DNA of 64,000 bases from Macrostomum lignano (taxonomy: Eukaryota), in NCBI GenBank assembly GCA_002269645.1, contig NIVC01000673.1, positions 248,001-312,000 of the forward strand, in the 5' to 3' direction. The translations under genes and the position numbers were made by a program. Numbering within the stretch: the first letter of the stretch is position 1; each line of letters starts with the position of its first letter. The notes under the pieces are model-generated. The model was not told the DNA's origin. It made no database searches and saw nothing but the letters and a program-made list of their open reading frames with translations. Shown in pieces: positions 11,466 through 24,379 of the stretch.

Positions 11466-13069
11466 CTCTGGAGCGAGGTAGGAAATTTTCCAGTTTTATA
11501 TTCCTAATTTTAATTGTAGTTTTGTGAATGTTAATAATTTTTTCAATTTCTGAGCCATGTCAATTTGGAAGCGAAAGGTTTGATTTTTTAAAAGTGCAAT
11601 TTTTTCAAATTTTTAGCGTAGCCTGTAAAGATTTCCTTTGTCTGGAATCTCGAGATTATTTCTATCTTGCAGCATCGACATTTCGAGCCAAAGTGTACGA
11701 GTGAGCGTACGACCCTTTTAAGGTCTTCATTCAAAGTTTTTTGTAAATTTTGGCTCATTGCATATTAATTCTGTCATTTTACAATGCGTCCCCTAGGATG
11801 TTCAAAGTTTAACGAATTTGAGTACATATTCTGATCTAAATATTAATGATTTATTCGCTAAATTATGCTTTTAGTGTATAATTATCAATTTGAAAAAATT
11901 AAGAGTGCATTTTTCTTATTTCTTTTTGTTTTACAATTTATAACAAAAAGTGTACACACAGTAAATTAAAATATCTAGTTTTATTTTCAATTTAGTATCA
12001 ATCAGAATTATTATGTCATCAATCTAGTCATTTTTTGCTTATGCTCCCTCCACAGTCGTCACCCTAGTTGAATTATTTTGTTAATCTGTTTTGATGGCAG
12101 ATTAACAAGCAGAAGCTTTTTTTCCGATTAGATTTTCACCACGGATATATCAATCATCATTGATACTATAATTATGAGTTTGACGCTTTTGTGATAAAGT
12201 TTTGTTCCGGCAAAGATTTTATTTTAATGCTTGTTTAAATTTTTTAGTTCTAAATCTTTGTCTTCTGTAGGCTGATTCCATGCACTTTTTTAGCACCTAA
12301 ATATGCACGAAACATAGTAAATGTACATCCTTGTGCACAGGGCGGCATGTAATTTTTACTTGTTTTACGTAAAGTTTTGACAAATTCGTTTTCAAGATTA
12401 ACGATAGAAACTTTGTTAATGAAACTTTTATTAATTTTGTTAATTTTATATTTTTAAACAGCTTTTCAATCATACTTTCTCTTTATTTTATAATTATTTG
12501 TTCTTTTCAAAAGCAAAAAAAATCAACGATTCTTTTTATTTTGTTTGAGTTGCATTCCCACTCCATATCTCACTGCATAATAACAAATATAGCACTCCGT
12601 GGTCTCTTAGGAGCTACGATGCAATAGCTAGATAAAATCGTGCATTTTAAGCCATGTAATTTTCTTCGTTTCTGCTTTAATATAGCAAATGTTTAAATTG
12701 AATTATTTTGCAATAAATTTTTATTTAGATAAATTAGCAATATAATTAATAATTCGTCCTCTGCTATAAGCGTTGCCGTTAGTATAGAATTTGTTTTACT
12801 GTGCTCATTAGAAATACAATTAATCTTTTAAAAATAGGTTGTTTAACGCGTAAAACGTATTATAATTGCTGCTTGATTTGATTATTATAATATTTACTAT
12901 TGACTTCTAGTTCATATATTGCTAATTTGCTTTGTTGTGATCTGCTGCATATATGCAAATATATTTAAATATTAAGCATTAGTAACCGGTATATTGCCTC
13001 GCAAATTTATTTTGTTGTCATTAATTGGGTCGTAACTAAAAAAGTTACAAATTTAACAAATTCTGAGAG

Positions 13070-13395
13070 TAACTCGATTGTGAGAGTCAGTTGATTCAAT
13101 GAGTCACATATGACCGATAAAAAGAGAGTCATACACATTGATGAGTCACTCCAATGACCCTTACATTGAGAGTCATACACATTAATAAGTCACTCTAATG
13201 ACCGTGACACTGACAGTCTTACATATTGATGAGTCACTCCAATGACCCTTACACTGAGAGTCACACATTGATAAGTAACTCCAATGACCGTTACACTGAG
13301 AGTCATACACATTGATGAGTCACTCCAATGACCCTTACACTGAGAGTCATACACATTGATAAGTCACTCCTATGACCCTTACACTGAGAGTCCTA
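13070..13395. repeat. ~44-bp minisatellite (TGAGAGTCATACACATTGATGAGTCACTCCAATGACCCTTACAC)n
   Basis: About 6-7 degenerate units. Confidence 0.85.
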
Positions 13396-14072
13396 AAAAC
13401 ATTACCGAATCAGTCAGGTTCTCCGAATAGGCGTCAACCCATTGTGGTTGCCGCGGAACCATCTGGTGGAATCAGACTTGTGTGTGCACTACAAGAAGTC
13501 ATTCCTAAAGCCTCAGCTGATGCAGAATTCGCATCCGACACCCAAAATTGAAGAGGTGTTTTTACAGTGGCGCGTTGTGGCAGTGATGAGCACGCCTTTC
13601 GGCAATTACATATATAACCGACTATTACCGCCTCAGTAGCATACATACTCTTGGATCGCGAGAGAGATGTTCTTCAGAGGCTGGACAAGAAAAAGCTGAA
13701 GTTCAAGTTCAAGATGCGAGTGAAATTCCTGAGGTTCATGTTGGATGCCACCAACACGAACCTCCAACTCCACCAACAAGAGCATGCCACCATCTAAGAA
13801 GTCCGCTTTATCAAGAATTTTGTGACATGACAGCGCCATTGGTTCGTCTGAAGCAGAAGGATGTGGCATTCTCGATGGAGACCAGTAGAGACAAGCGCAT
13901 ACCAGGAGAATGAAGATACAGCAATCAATTTATAGAGAACACCATATTGCGATCATATGACCCCAAGCTGCCTTTTGAACTCTTTTGCCTTTTGAGCTAG
14001 ATGCTTCACAAAATGTTCTTGGAGGTGTTTTATATCAAGAAGGCTTTGTTTTGTTCTCAAGCAAGGTCACAC

Positions 14073-14490
14073 ACTGTAGCTGGCAGGCCATATAATCCTG
14101 CTGCTGCTTCTGCAGACACCCTGCACTATAGCTGGCAGGCCATATAATCCTGCTGCTGATTCTGCAGACACCCTGCACTATAGCTGGCAGGCCATATAAT
14201 CCTGCTGCTGATTCTGCAGACACCCTGCACTATAGCTGGCAGGCCATATAATCCTGCTGCTGATTCTGCAGACACCCTGCACTATAGCTGGCAGGCCATA
14301 TAATCCTGCTGCTGATTCTGCAGACACCCTGCACTATAGCTGGCAGGCCATATAATCCTGCTACTGATTCTGCAGACACCCTGCACTATAGCTGGCAGGC
14401 CATATAATCCTGCTGCTGATTCTGCAGACACCCTGCACTATAGCTGGCAGGCCATATAATCCTGCTGCTGATTCTGCAGACACCCTGCAC
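14073..14490. repeat. 52-bp minisatellite, about 8 copies
   Basis: Period 52 (14113 to 14165). Confidence 0.95.
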
Positions 14491-15431
14491 TCGGCTTTTC
14501 GTCGACTGCCTACAGGCTGATGCCGGCGCCCTGGACACTGCCGGCAATGAGGCCTACGTTCGCGCCCAGGCCCTGAACCGCTCCCTCTGACACTGTCTTT
14601 GCCTCTCTTGACTCGCTTGACTGGCTGACAACGTATTTTGTTGTTGTTGTTGGGGAAATCGCAGATGCTACAGGTCTCCATGCGGAAAATACGCTCGTAG
14701 CTCAGCCAGGAGACCCTCAAATCGCATTCTTCTGTTCCATCGATCGTCTAGCGACGACAGGGTGGGAGAGTCTCCGGCAGAACTCATCATATTCGATCGG
14801 AAGTTGCCAGTTCCATTCCGAGTTCCACAGCACAACCAGACAGGTGAGCATGCAGGACGAGGTCATACATGTATCTCAATAATTCGCACGATTATTATTG
14901 CCGCCATTTCGGCGAGAGAAGCCGGAACGCGAGCAAGCTACGGACCAGGGACCCCTACAAGTCGATCAAGACCAATCACAGTAAACAGTACATTCATAAT
15001 TCATAACACAGTTATTCAGACTATGAATATAAATGACAATAAGCGATAAATAATAATTTAGTATTTTCCTTTAATTTACCCGTATATGCCCGATTAAAGC
15101 AGTCTGAGCGAAATTGGATCAATTTGATATTATTATTTGGAGGCAAGTTCGTCAGCCTTAATTAACCGCTTTTGTGTGCGAACTTCGGTTGTGGTCAATA
15201 AAAGTCATTCGGTGCAGTCTACCGATGGCTGCATTCTGCAGATCTGCGGAGATCCGACCCGACCCATTCATAGAAACACGATCGACTCGGGCTTATGGGA
15301 TGTAGGAAAGTGAGTTTTCTGCTTCATTAACCTCGACGCTGATTGCAGGCTTGGCTGGGCCGATTGAGCGGCTGGGTGGGACTGGGGGGCATTGTATGGG
15401 TGGCCGGCTGCAGTGGACAGCTGAGCCTGTG

Positions 15432-15870
<439 letters not shown>

Positions 15871-16544
15871 ACCAAACCAAGCAGGCACTCTGTGACCGGT
15901 ATGTTATTAAAATTTAGCTACTTCCAAGTGCAACAAGAGATCCGGGAATCTCATCAGCCAGTTCCTGAAATAGAGCCGCGAGAGTGATGATGACGCCAGC
16001 AGTGATGCTGATGAAAACTGCAGTCGGTGTTGCAATTTCATAACTAAGCTGCTAAAAATATGCAATTTGTGCGGGTAGGCAGCAAGCATTGTTGCTTTTC
16101 ATGTCTAGTTCGTGTTCCACCCTCGACCCTACTCGTCTTGTCGAGAGAGCACGTTCAAACGCAACCTGAATAAAAAACGGGCGCTCCTCACTACTTTTCT
16201 GTGCTAAGCAAAAACTGTAACTGTCTACTTTGTATCTTTGGTAATGCTTACTTCACAGCTCCATCAATCAATACGCGAAAGAAGATTAGTTCCAACTGCT
16301 GTGCAGTAGTTTTTTGTTGCCAAGTTTTGCAAAACTTTTGCTTGTTTATTGCCACAAAACAGAGGAAGAGGAAAAGCCAGGTATTTCTGATACAATCGCT
16401 GATCGCGACTAACAGAAGGTCTAAACGATACGTATTGACCTTTTCTGGAGTTTTCAGATTAATAATAACAAATTATTTGCGAATTTAATGCAAGGCTAGC
16501 TGTTGAGAATTTGAGTGCCGAGTGAGGTGGTGTTCCAATTAGGG

Positions 16545-17530
16545 AGGTGGATGTTCTATGGAGTGAGGTGGATGGTTGATGTTCTATGGAGTGAGGTGGA
16601 TGGTTGATGTCCTATGCAGTGAGGTGGATGGTTGATGTTCTAAGGAGTGAGGTGGATGGTGGATGTTCTATGGAGTGAGGTGGATGGTGGATGTTCTATG
16701 GAGTGAGGTGGATGGTGGATGTTCTATGGAGTGAGGTGGATGGTGGATGTTCTAAGGAGTGAGGTGGATGGTGGATGTTCTATGGAGTGAGGTGGATGGT
16801 GGATGTTCTATGGAGTGAGGTGGATGGTGGATGTTCTATGGAGTGAGGTGGATGGTGGATGTTCTATGGAGTGAGGTGGATGGTGGATGTTCTATGGAGT
16901 GAGGTGGATGGTGGATGTTCTAAGGAGTGAGGTGGATGGTGGATGTTCTAAGGAGTGAGGTGGATGGTGGATGTTCTAAGGAGTGAGGTGGATGGTGGAT
17001 GTTCTATGGAGTGAGGTGGATGGTGGATGTTCTATAGAGTGAGGTGGATGGTGGATGTTCTATGGAGTGAGGTGGATGGTGGATGTTCTATGGAGTGAGG
17101 TGGATGGTGGATGTTCTATGGAGTGAGGTGGATGTTCTATGGAGTTAGGTGGATGGTGGATGTTCTATGGAGTGAGTTGGATGGTGGATGTTCTATGGAG
17201 TGAGGTGGATGGTGGATGTTCTATGGAGTGAGGTGGATGGTGGATGTTCTATGGAGTTAGGTGGATGGTGGATGTTCTATGGAGTGAGGTGGATGGTGGA
17301 TGTTCTATGGAGTGAGGTGGATGGTGGATGTTCTATGGAGTGAGGTGGGTGTTCTAAGGAGTGGGTTGGGTGTCCTAAGGAGTGGGTTGGGTGTTCTATG
17401 GAGTGGGTTGGGTGTTCTATGGAGTGTGGTGGATGGTGGATGTTCTATGGATTGAGGTTTGTGTTCTAGGGAGTGAGGTGGATGTTCTATGGAGTGAGGT
17501 GGGTGAGAGGCAGTGAGGTGGGTGAGAGGC
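16545..17530. repeat. 28-bp minisatellite (GGAGTGAGGTGGATGGTGGATGTTCTAT)n
   Basis: Period 28. Confidence 0.95.
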
Positions 17531-17984
17531 ATTGAAGATATTTGATAAAAATTTTGGTAATCCAAGAAAGCCTTTTTTACAACTTTGCGCACCGGAGATT
17601 TTAATAAAAATCAGATCGAAGCCAAGCGGCAGGTTCACAAAGGCATGCTGCCGGTCCTTATAATAATTCCCACTGCATCCGTGACAGGAAATAGCCATTC
17701 TGGCCCAATATAAACACACCCCGATGCTTTTATCGGGAGAAAAGAGAGAGAGCTAATTGAGCAGACTGTCGGATTTAATAAAGCCTTTGTTAAGTAGGCC
17801 GCATACAAACTTGGGAATATGAGCAACTTTATAGAGTAATATAGTTGCATACAGACCATCTGAGACCCATGGGTGCTCAGTAGACTTATGGTCTCAGAAT
17901 GGATTAAATATAATTCTGAGGCCTGGGTTCACCGAAATAAACCCTTGGATAATTTGAAGATTACGAACGTGTTGTGTCCCATCT

Positions 17985-18180
17985 AAATATCCTATCTAAA
18001 TATCCCATCTAAATATCCCATCTAAATATCCCATCTAAATATTCCATCTAGATATCCCATCTAAATATTTCATCTAAATATCCCATCTAAATATCGTATC
18101 TAAATATCCCATCTAAATATCCCATCTAAATATCCCATCTAAATATCCCATCCATATCTCATATAAATATCCCATTCATA
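17985..18180. repeat. 13-bp minisatellite (CATCTAAATATCC)n
   Basis: Direct reading. Confidence 0.9.
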
Positions 18181-18794
18181 TATCAACAGTCTCTCATTTC
18201 CCCAACAGATCCCATTATTAACTTCATCTAGTTTATTCTTGGCAAAGCTCACGCCCAGCCTCTTCTAGAAGAAGAAGACAGCTGCCGATAGCCGAGCACA
18301 ATCAACACAAGATACGATAGGATATAATGTGGATAAATGATGATCTTCTCATTCCTAAATCGTGATGTTTCCCTTTGGCTGGCAATTTTTTGCTGATACT
18401 GCTGAGATGAGAGTGATGGAGAATGGCGGGCGGCTGTAAATATTTTCTGGCATTGGCAGCTGAAAGCTTGAATTAATTTTGCAATTCCATATTTTCATTT
18501 CTTCTGACTGGGAGAGACAGGCAGCAGAAGCAGAAAGGGAGCCAAGTACAAGTGCACTATTTATTATTATTCCCTGGCAGTGAATAACAATGGAACTCAT
18601 AACTCCGTTATACTGACAATTAATTATTGAATAAGTAGGTGAAAATCATAGACTTACTGGCTTTATGTGGCTTAGACTTGGGTGCATTGTTGACTCAGGT
18701 GACAGCCTAGGAGCTTTGCTTTAATTCTTTTTTTTCAGGTAAGGCCGTGTACTTGGCAATCAGAAATTGGAGAACAACTGACAGATTGTAGGGC

Positions 18795-19503
18795 CCCAGC
18801 CCTGCACAGTGCAGTTGAGGGACTGTCCCAGCCCTGCATAGTGCAGTTGAGGGACTGTCCCAGCCCTGCATAGTGCAGTTGACAGACTGTCCCAGCCCTG
18901 CATAGTGCAGTTGAGGGACTGTCCCAGCCCTGCACAGTGCAGTTGACAGACTGTCCCAGCCCTGCACAGTGCAGTTGACAGACTGTCCCAGCCCTGCATA
19001 GTGCAGTTGACAGACTGTCCCAGCCCTGCATAGTGCAGTTAAGGGACTGTCCCAGCCCTGCATAGTGCAGTTGAGGGACTGTCCCAGCCCTGCATAGTGC
19101 AGTTGACAGACTGTCCCAGCCCTGCATAGTGCAGTTGAGGGACTGTCCCAGCCCTGCACAGTGCAGTTGAGGGACTGTCCCAGCCCTGCACAGTGCAGTT
19201 GAGGGACTGTCCCAGCCCTGCACAGTGCAGTTGAGGGACTGTCCCAGCCCTGCACAGTGCAGTTGAGGGACTGTCCCAGCCCTGCACAGTGCAGTTGAGG
19301 GACTGTCCCAGCCCTGCACAGTGCAGTTGAGGGACTGTCCCAGCCCTGCACAGTGCAGTTGAGGGACTGTCCCAGCCCTGCACAGTGCAGTTGAGGGACT
19401 GTCCCAGCCCTGCACAGTGCAGTTGACAGACTGTCCCAGCCCTGCACAGTGCAGTTGACAGACTGTCCCAGCCCTGCACAGTGCAGTTGACAGACTGTCC
19501 CAG
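18795..19503. repeat. 32-bp minisatellite (CAGCCCTGCACAGTGCAGTTGAGGGACTGTCC)n
   Basis: Period 32 (19141 to 19173). Confidence 0.96.
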
Positions 19504-19511
19504 CTTTACAA

Positions 19512-19730
19512 AGCGCGGCGCATCTGAAGGCTGCGTACGGCTGTTCAGTCCAAGGACTGGGGGGTCGCCACACACACCAATTACCCCTCAAATGCTGGCA
19601 CCCATTTTACAGTTGGGTGAGCTGGAGCAATGCAGAGTTATGTGTCTTGCTCAAGGACACAAATTGTTTCGGATGGGTCGAGATTCGAACCCCCGACCGT
19701 CCGACGCTCTAACCACTAGGACACAAGCCC
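19512..19730 (-). mobile_element. Same SINE family, 3'-truncated copy
   Basis: Reverse complement aligns to roughly 23655-23887, with a deletion in the anticodon arm. Abuts the 32-bp minisatellite. Confidence 0.85.
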
Positions 19731-20267
19731 TTCAGCCCTACAAAAAGCAGGTGAAGGAGGCATGCAGACGATTTTCATTTTGAGAAAAAACCGGACAATA
19801 ATCTGAAGCGACTACCCATGCACCAGCTGTAGGTGCTGTCATTTCCTTCATAAATAATTCGCACAGGCCAGAGTACTTTTGATGCAGTCAGCAAAATTAA
19901 TACTTCCCAACTGAGAACCGGTTTCGTACACTCGCTCCTACTTGAGACTCGAGAGCTGTAGCAATCAGTACCTCACTGAAACACACTCTATTTAATAGAA
20001 ATTTGTCATATTTGGTGAGATTTTTAGAGAAAAAAATGTGTCGAGGGCCTCCCACATTTTCTAGAGACTCCTCCCTACCTTCGGTTGAGAAATTTTCATT
20101 TTAGTTTATTAGAATTTCATCGACATAGAAGCAGCTGAAGGCAATGATTATTTTGACTGATTATTTTGATATAAGTGATACCTTTTTGTAGTATGGGAGA
20201 GTGTGAATGGCATGGCTGAGGTATTGCTAATCACTGGAGTTGTTGGGGATATGAGTGTTTATGGGGT

Positions 20268-20580
20268 AGTGAGGTGGGTGAGGGAGTGAGGTGGGTGAGG
20301 GAGTGAGGTGGGTGAGGGAGTGAGGTGGGTGATGGAGTGAGGTGGGTGAGGTGGGTGAAAGAGTGAGGTGGGTGAAAGAGTGAGGTGGGTGAAAGAGAGG
20401 TGGGTGAAAAAGTGACGTGGGTAAGGTGGGTGAGGCGGGTGAGGTGGGTGAGGTGGGTAAGGTGGGTGAGGTGGGTGCAAGGATTACTAGACTTGATATA
20501 ACGAAGTGTTCCTAGGTGGTTCTTTGGGTGGGTGAAAGAGCGAGATGGGTAAGGTGGGTGAAAAAGTGAGGTAGGTGAGT
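20268..20580. repeat. G-rich 9/17-bp repeats (GAGTGAGGTGGGTGA)
   Basis: Direct reading. Confidence 0.85.
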
Positions 20581-21309
20581 TGTACAGTGTATTCCTGCTT
20601 CGCAAAATCATAACATCCAAAGCAGAAATGAGTAATTACGAGTATATGTAGAAATGACGGCTACGAACTTTTCAATACTCAGCCAAAATAATTTTTGTAG
20701 AAGTTCTCTTTCTGCTTTCAAGACACTGGGATCTGAAATAGAAGGTGACAAGCGTGCGGCGAAATCATCGTTTGAGATTTTCTCTTACAAGGTCGGCTCG
20801 TCTCTTCTACATCAACCCCCCCTCTCTCTCTCTCTCTCTCTCCTGCTGCCTATCGGGTGAAGTGGAAATTCAACCGCCTCATCATCGGTTGCTCTTGAGA
20901 CTGGGTGGGACCGGTTTTTTTCAAACACGATTCCGCATCCCAGTGCCCGCGTATGTTTATCAATATAAGTTCGCAAGATTGAGTTTGTCTCCCAACTCAT
21001 ATATTTTCTCCATCGAGTAGCCGAACCAGCTGGGGTTGAACTGGGCTGGAGGCGAGAAGAGATTTACTTGGCAAAAAATATTTCCCGGCAGCCTTGATCT
21101 AGTCAATAAATCACGCTAGATGATGGCGCAGAGAAGCTGAGCGGTTCGCCTACGCATAAGACCGCTGATACCACAAGCAGCTGGCATTAATGCGTAGGAT
21201 TTGTCTAGACAGTTACTTGTGCACTGGTAGCTGCTCTGACAGCGGTATTTTATGGATTTATTGCAGCCCCGATCGGATGTGGCTGGGAACAGGGTGCGCT
21301 CGGAGTAAG

Positions 21310-21790
21310 GTTCGCGGGGAGTGGGCTTTATGCGGAGTGAGGTTAGCGGGGATTGGGGTGGGTGCGGTGTGAGGTTGGGGGGGGAGTGGGGTTTGTGCGG
21401 AGTGAGGTTAGCGGGGAGTGGGGTTGGTGCTGAGTGAGGTTAGCGGGGAGTGGGGTTTGTGCGGAGTGAGGTTTGCGGAGAGTGGGGTTGGTGCTGAGTG
21501 AGGTTAGCGGGGAGTGGGGTTTGTGCGGAGTGAGGTTGGCGGGGAGTGGGGCTGGTGCTGAGTGAGGTTAGCGGGGAGTGGGGTTTGTGCGGAGTGAGGT
21601 TGGCGGGGAGGTGGGTTTGTGCGGAGTGAGGTTGGCGTGGAGTGGGGTGGATGCGAAGTGAGATTGGCGGGGATTAGGGTTTCTGCAGAGTGAGGTTGTC
21701 GGGGAGTAGGGTGGGTGCCGGTGAACTTGGCAAGGAGTGGGGTAGGTGCCGAGTAGGGTGACGGGGAGTATGGTGAGTTTTAAGTGAGAT
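21310..21790. repeat. G-rich ~32-bp minisatellite (GCGGGGAGTGGGGTTTGTGCGGAGTGAGGTTA)n
   Basis: Direct reading; decays toward the right. Confidence 0.85.
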
Positions 21791-22311
21791 TGGCGGGGAA
21801 GTGGTTTAACGATCATAGCGAGCGCCTGGTGCCAATGAGTTTAGTTTGACTATGACAAATTTCACTAACTTTCACTTATAGTATCGAGTGACTAATGGCT
21901 TTTATCCTTGGGATCGGACGAGAAAGTGGAGAAAATCCTGGGAGAGGGACTTTCTAGAAGTTAGAAAAACGAGACGGCAGCAATTAGACTCGTGTTAAGC
22001 ATTGATTTTTATGTACTGGGGATATTACGCTCGTAGTTCAGTGAACGGGGAAAAGAGAGAAATATTCGACAAGGAAGTCCATGCGAGTGCAGGATGAATT
22101 CAGCACAGGCCGCGTCATCTTACACAGCCCTTCCTCTACCAACTCCATCAAAGAAAGGAATCTGGGACACGGAGGCAGATTTAGTGCAGACACGGCTAGG
22201 GGCGATCTAAGAAGATTTATGACCGCTGCACCAACCCCAATGGCTGCGAAAATGTCTGGGGCCTCCCGATCCAATGCAGGCCCATTTCTGCCGCTGGCAC
22301 CCTTCTCCCTC

Positions 22312-23525
22312 CCCCTTCTCTCCTCTCCTCTCCACTCCACTCCTCTCCTCTCCTCTCCTCTCCTCTCCACTCCTCTCCTCTCCTCTCCTCTCCACTCCTC
22401 TCCTCTCCTCTCCTCTCCTCTCCTCTCCACTCCTCTCCTCTCCTCTCCTCTCCTCTCCTCTCCTCTCCTCTCCTCTCCTCTCCACTCCTCTCCTCTCCTC
22501 TCCTCCTCTCCTCTCCTCTCCTCTCCTCTCCTCTCCTCTCCTCTCCTCTCCTCTCCTCTCCTCTCCTCTCCTCTCCTCTCTCTCCTCTCCTCTCCTCTCC
22601 TCTCCTCTCCTCTCCTCTCCTCTCCTCTCCTCTCCTCTCCTCTCCTCTCCTCTCCTCTCCTCTCCTCTCCTCTCCTCTCCTCTCCTCTCCTCTCCTCTCC
22701 TCTCCTCTCCTCTCCTCTCCTCTCCTCTCCTCTCCTCTCCTCTCCTCTCCTCTCCTCTCCTCTCCTCTCCTCTCCACTCCTCCCTCTCCTCTCCTCTCCT
22801 CTCCTCTCCTCTCCTCTCCTCTTCTCTCCTCTCCTCTCCTCTCCTCTCCTCTCCTCTCCTCTCCTCTCCACTCCTCTCCTCTCCTCTCCTCTCCTCTCCA
22901 CTCCTCTCCTCTCCTCTCCTCTCCACTCCTCTCCTCTCCTCTCCTCTCCTCTCCTCTCTCTCTCCTCTCCTCTCCTCTCCTCTCCTCTCCTCTCCTCTCC
23001 TCTCCTCTCCTCTCTTCTCCTCTCCTCTCCTCTTCTCTCCTCTCCTCTCTTCTCCCCTCTTCTCCTCTCCTCTCCTCTCCTCTCCTCTTCTCTCCTCTCC
23101 TCTCTTCTCCCTCTTCTCCTCTCCTCTCCTCTCCTCTCCTCTCCTCTCCTCTCCTCTCCTCTCCTCTTCTCTCCACTCCTCTCCTCTCCTCTCCTCTCCT
23201 CTCCTCTCCTCTCCACTCCTCTCCTCTCCTCTCCTCTCCTCTCCACTCCTCTCCTCTCCTCTCCTCTCCATCCTCTCCTCTCCTCTCCTCTCCTCTCCTC
23301 TCCTCTCCTCTCCTCTCCTCTCCTCTCCTCTCCTCTCTTCTCCTCTCCTCTCCTCTTCTCTCCTCTCCTCTCTTCTCCTCTCCTCTCCTCTCCTCTCCTC
23401 TTCTTCTCTCCTCTCCTCTCTTCTCCCCTCTTCTCCTCTCCTCTCCTCTCCTCTCCTCTCCTCTCCTATCCTCTCCTCTCCCTCTCCTCTCCTCTCCTAT
23501 CCTCTCCTCTCCCTCTCCTCTCCTC
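22312..23525. repeat. (CTCTC)n pentanucleotide microsatellite
   Basis: Direct reading. Confidence 0.97.
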
Positions 23526-23652
23526 TTCACAGAAAATTTAATCTTTCAGTGTTTTTTGGTGGACTCTTTTATTCTTTCTGTCTCCGTAATCTACCATTAA
23601 CCTCCTACACAGCGACTCTCAATCTCTATGCAAACCTCAACAAAAGTACAAA

Positions 23653-23950
23653 GGGGTTTTAGCCTAGTGGTTAGAGCGTCAGACTCACGACTGAAAGGTC
23701 GGGGGTTCGAATCTCGACCTATTCGGAACAATTCGTGTCCTTGAGCAAGACACTTAACTCTGCATTGCTTCAGTTCACCCAGCTGTAAAATGGGCGCCAG
23801 CATTAGCTGGGGTAATTGAGGGTGTGTGTGGCGACCCCCCAGTCCTTGGACTGAACAGCCGTGCGCAGCCTTCAGATGCGCCGCGCAATAGCTGCGGCTG
23901 AGCTGTCGGTTGCACATCTGTCCATTAGGGCAGGTGTAATAAAAAACAAA
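23653..23950 (+). mobile_element. Full-length tRNA-derived CORE-type SINE
   Basis: A box TAGCCTAGTGG (23660) and B box GGTTCGAATC (23704). The central GTGTCCTTGAGCAAGACACTTAAC...TCAGTTCACCCAGCTGTAAAATGGG (23735-23794) resembles the MIR/CORE domain GTGACCTTGGGCAAGTCACTTAAC...TCAGTTTCCTCATCTGTAAAATGGG (recalled). A-rich tail, and homologous copies occur elsewhere in the window. Confidence 0.85.
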
Positions 23951-24379
23951 GCACTGAACAGGCGTGCACAAACGGCACAATACAGAAAGTACAACCAATG
24001 TGAAGCTACGCTCGTAGATGCTAAAGTACAAATCATATCCCATAACTGGATAGTCAACAGTTGGGGTTTTTAAAGACGTCTATATGTCTATGTCAATATT
24101 AATATTAGTATTATAATTATATAATTATTGCACTTTCAATTATAGATTTCTGTTTACTTTTACACCTTCAATCATACCCAACATCTGCGGTGTTGGAATA
24201 TTGGAAATGCTGGACCATCCCCTCACCCTGCAGTTGGCCAAGTTCAAATATTGAATGTCGCCCAGCCGCGGTGTCAGGCTCGTCACGGATTTAAAGTTCA
24301 TTGGACATTGGCAAACCGTAGTAATTTGATTTTTCTAATGACAGACTGGGAATGTCCCGCACCGGCTGACTGATGGTCC

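Noticed and set aside
4445-14490. Regular 20-56-bp arrays as CRISPR candidates
   Set aside because: Units are contiguous without unique spacers, there are no cas genes, and the context is eukaryotic.
15240-15430. Plus-strand two-exon model with a GTGAGT...TTGCAG intron at 15310-15348
   Set aside because: The intron is only 39 nt and the joined frame stops after a few codons.
23653-23725. tRNA gene
   Set aside because: The anticodon stem is imperfect and the acceptor stem does not close. It continues into CORE-like and tail sequence shared with other copies, so it is a SINE head.
24180-24300. EMLDHPLTLQLAKFKY* resembling a TRP-channel pre-S1 motif
   Set aside because: Very short, ends in a stop, and has no supporting exons.
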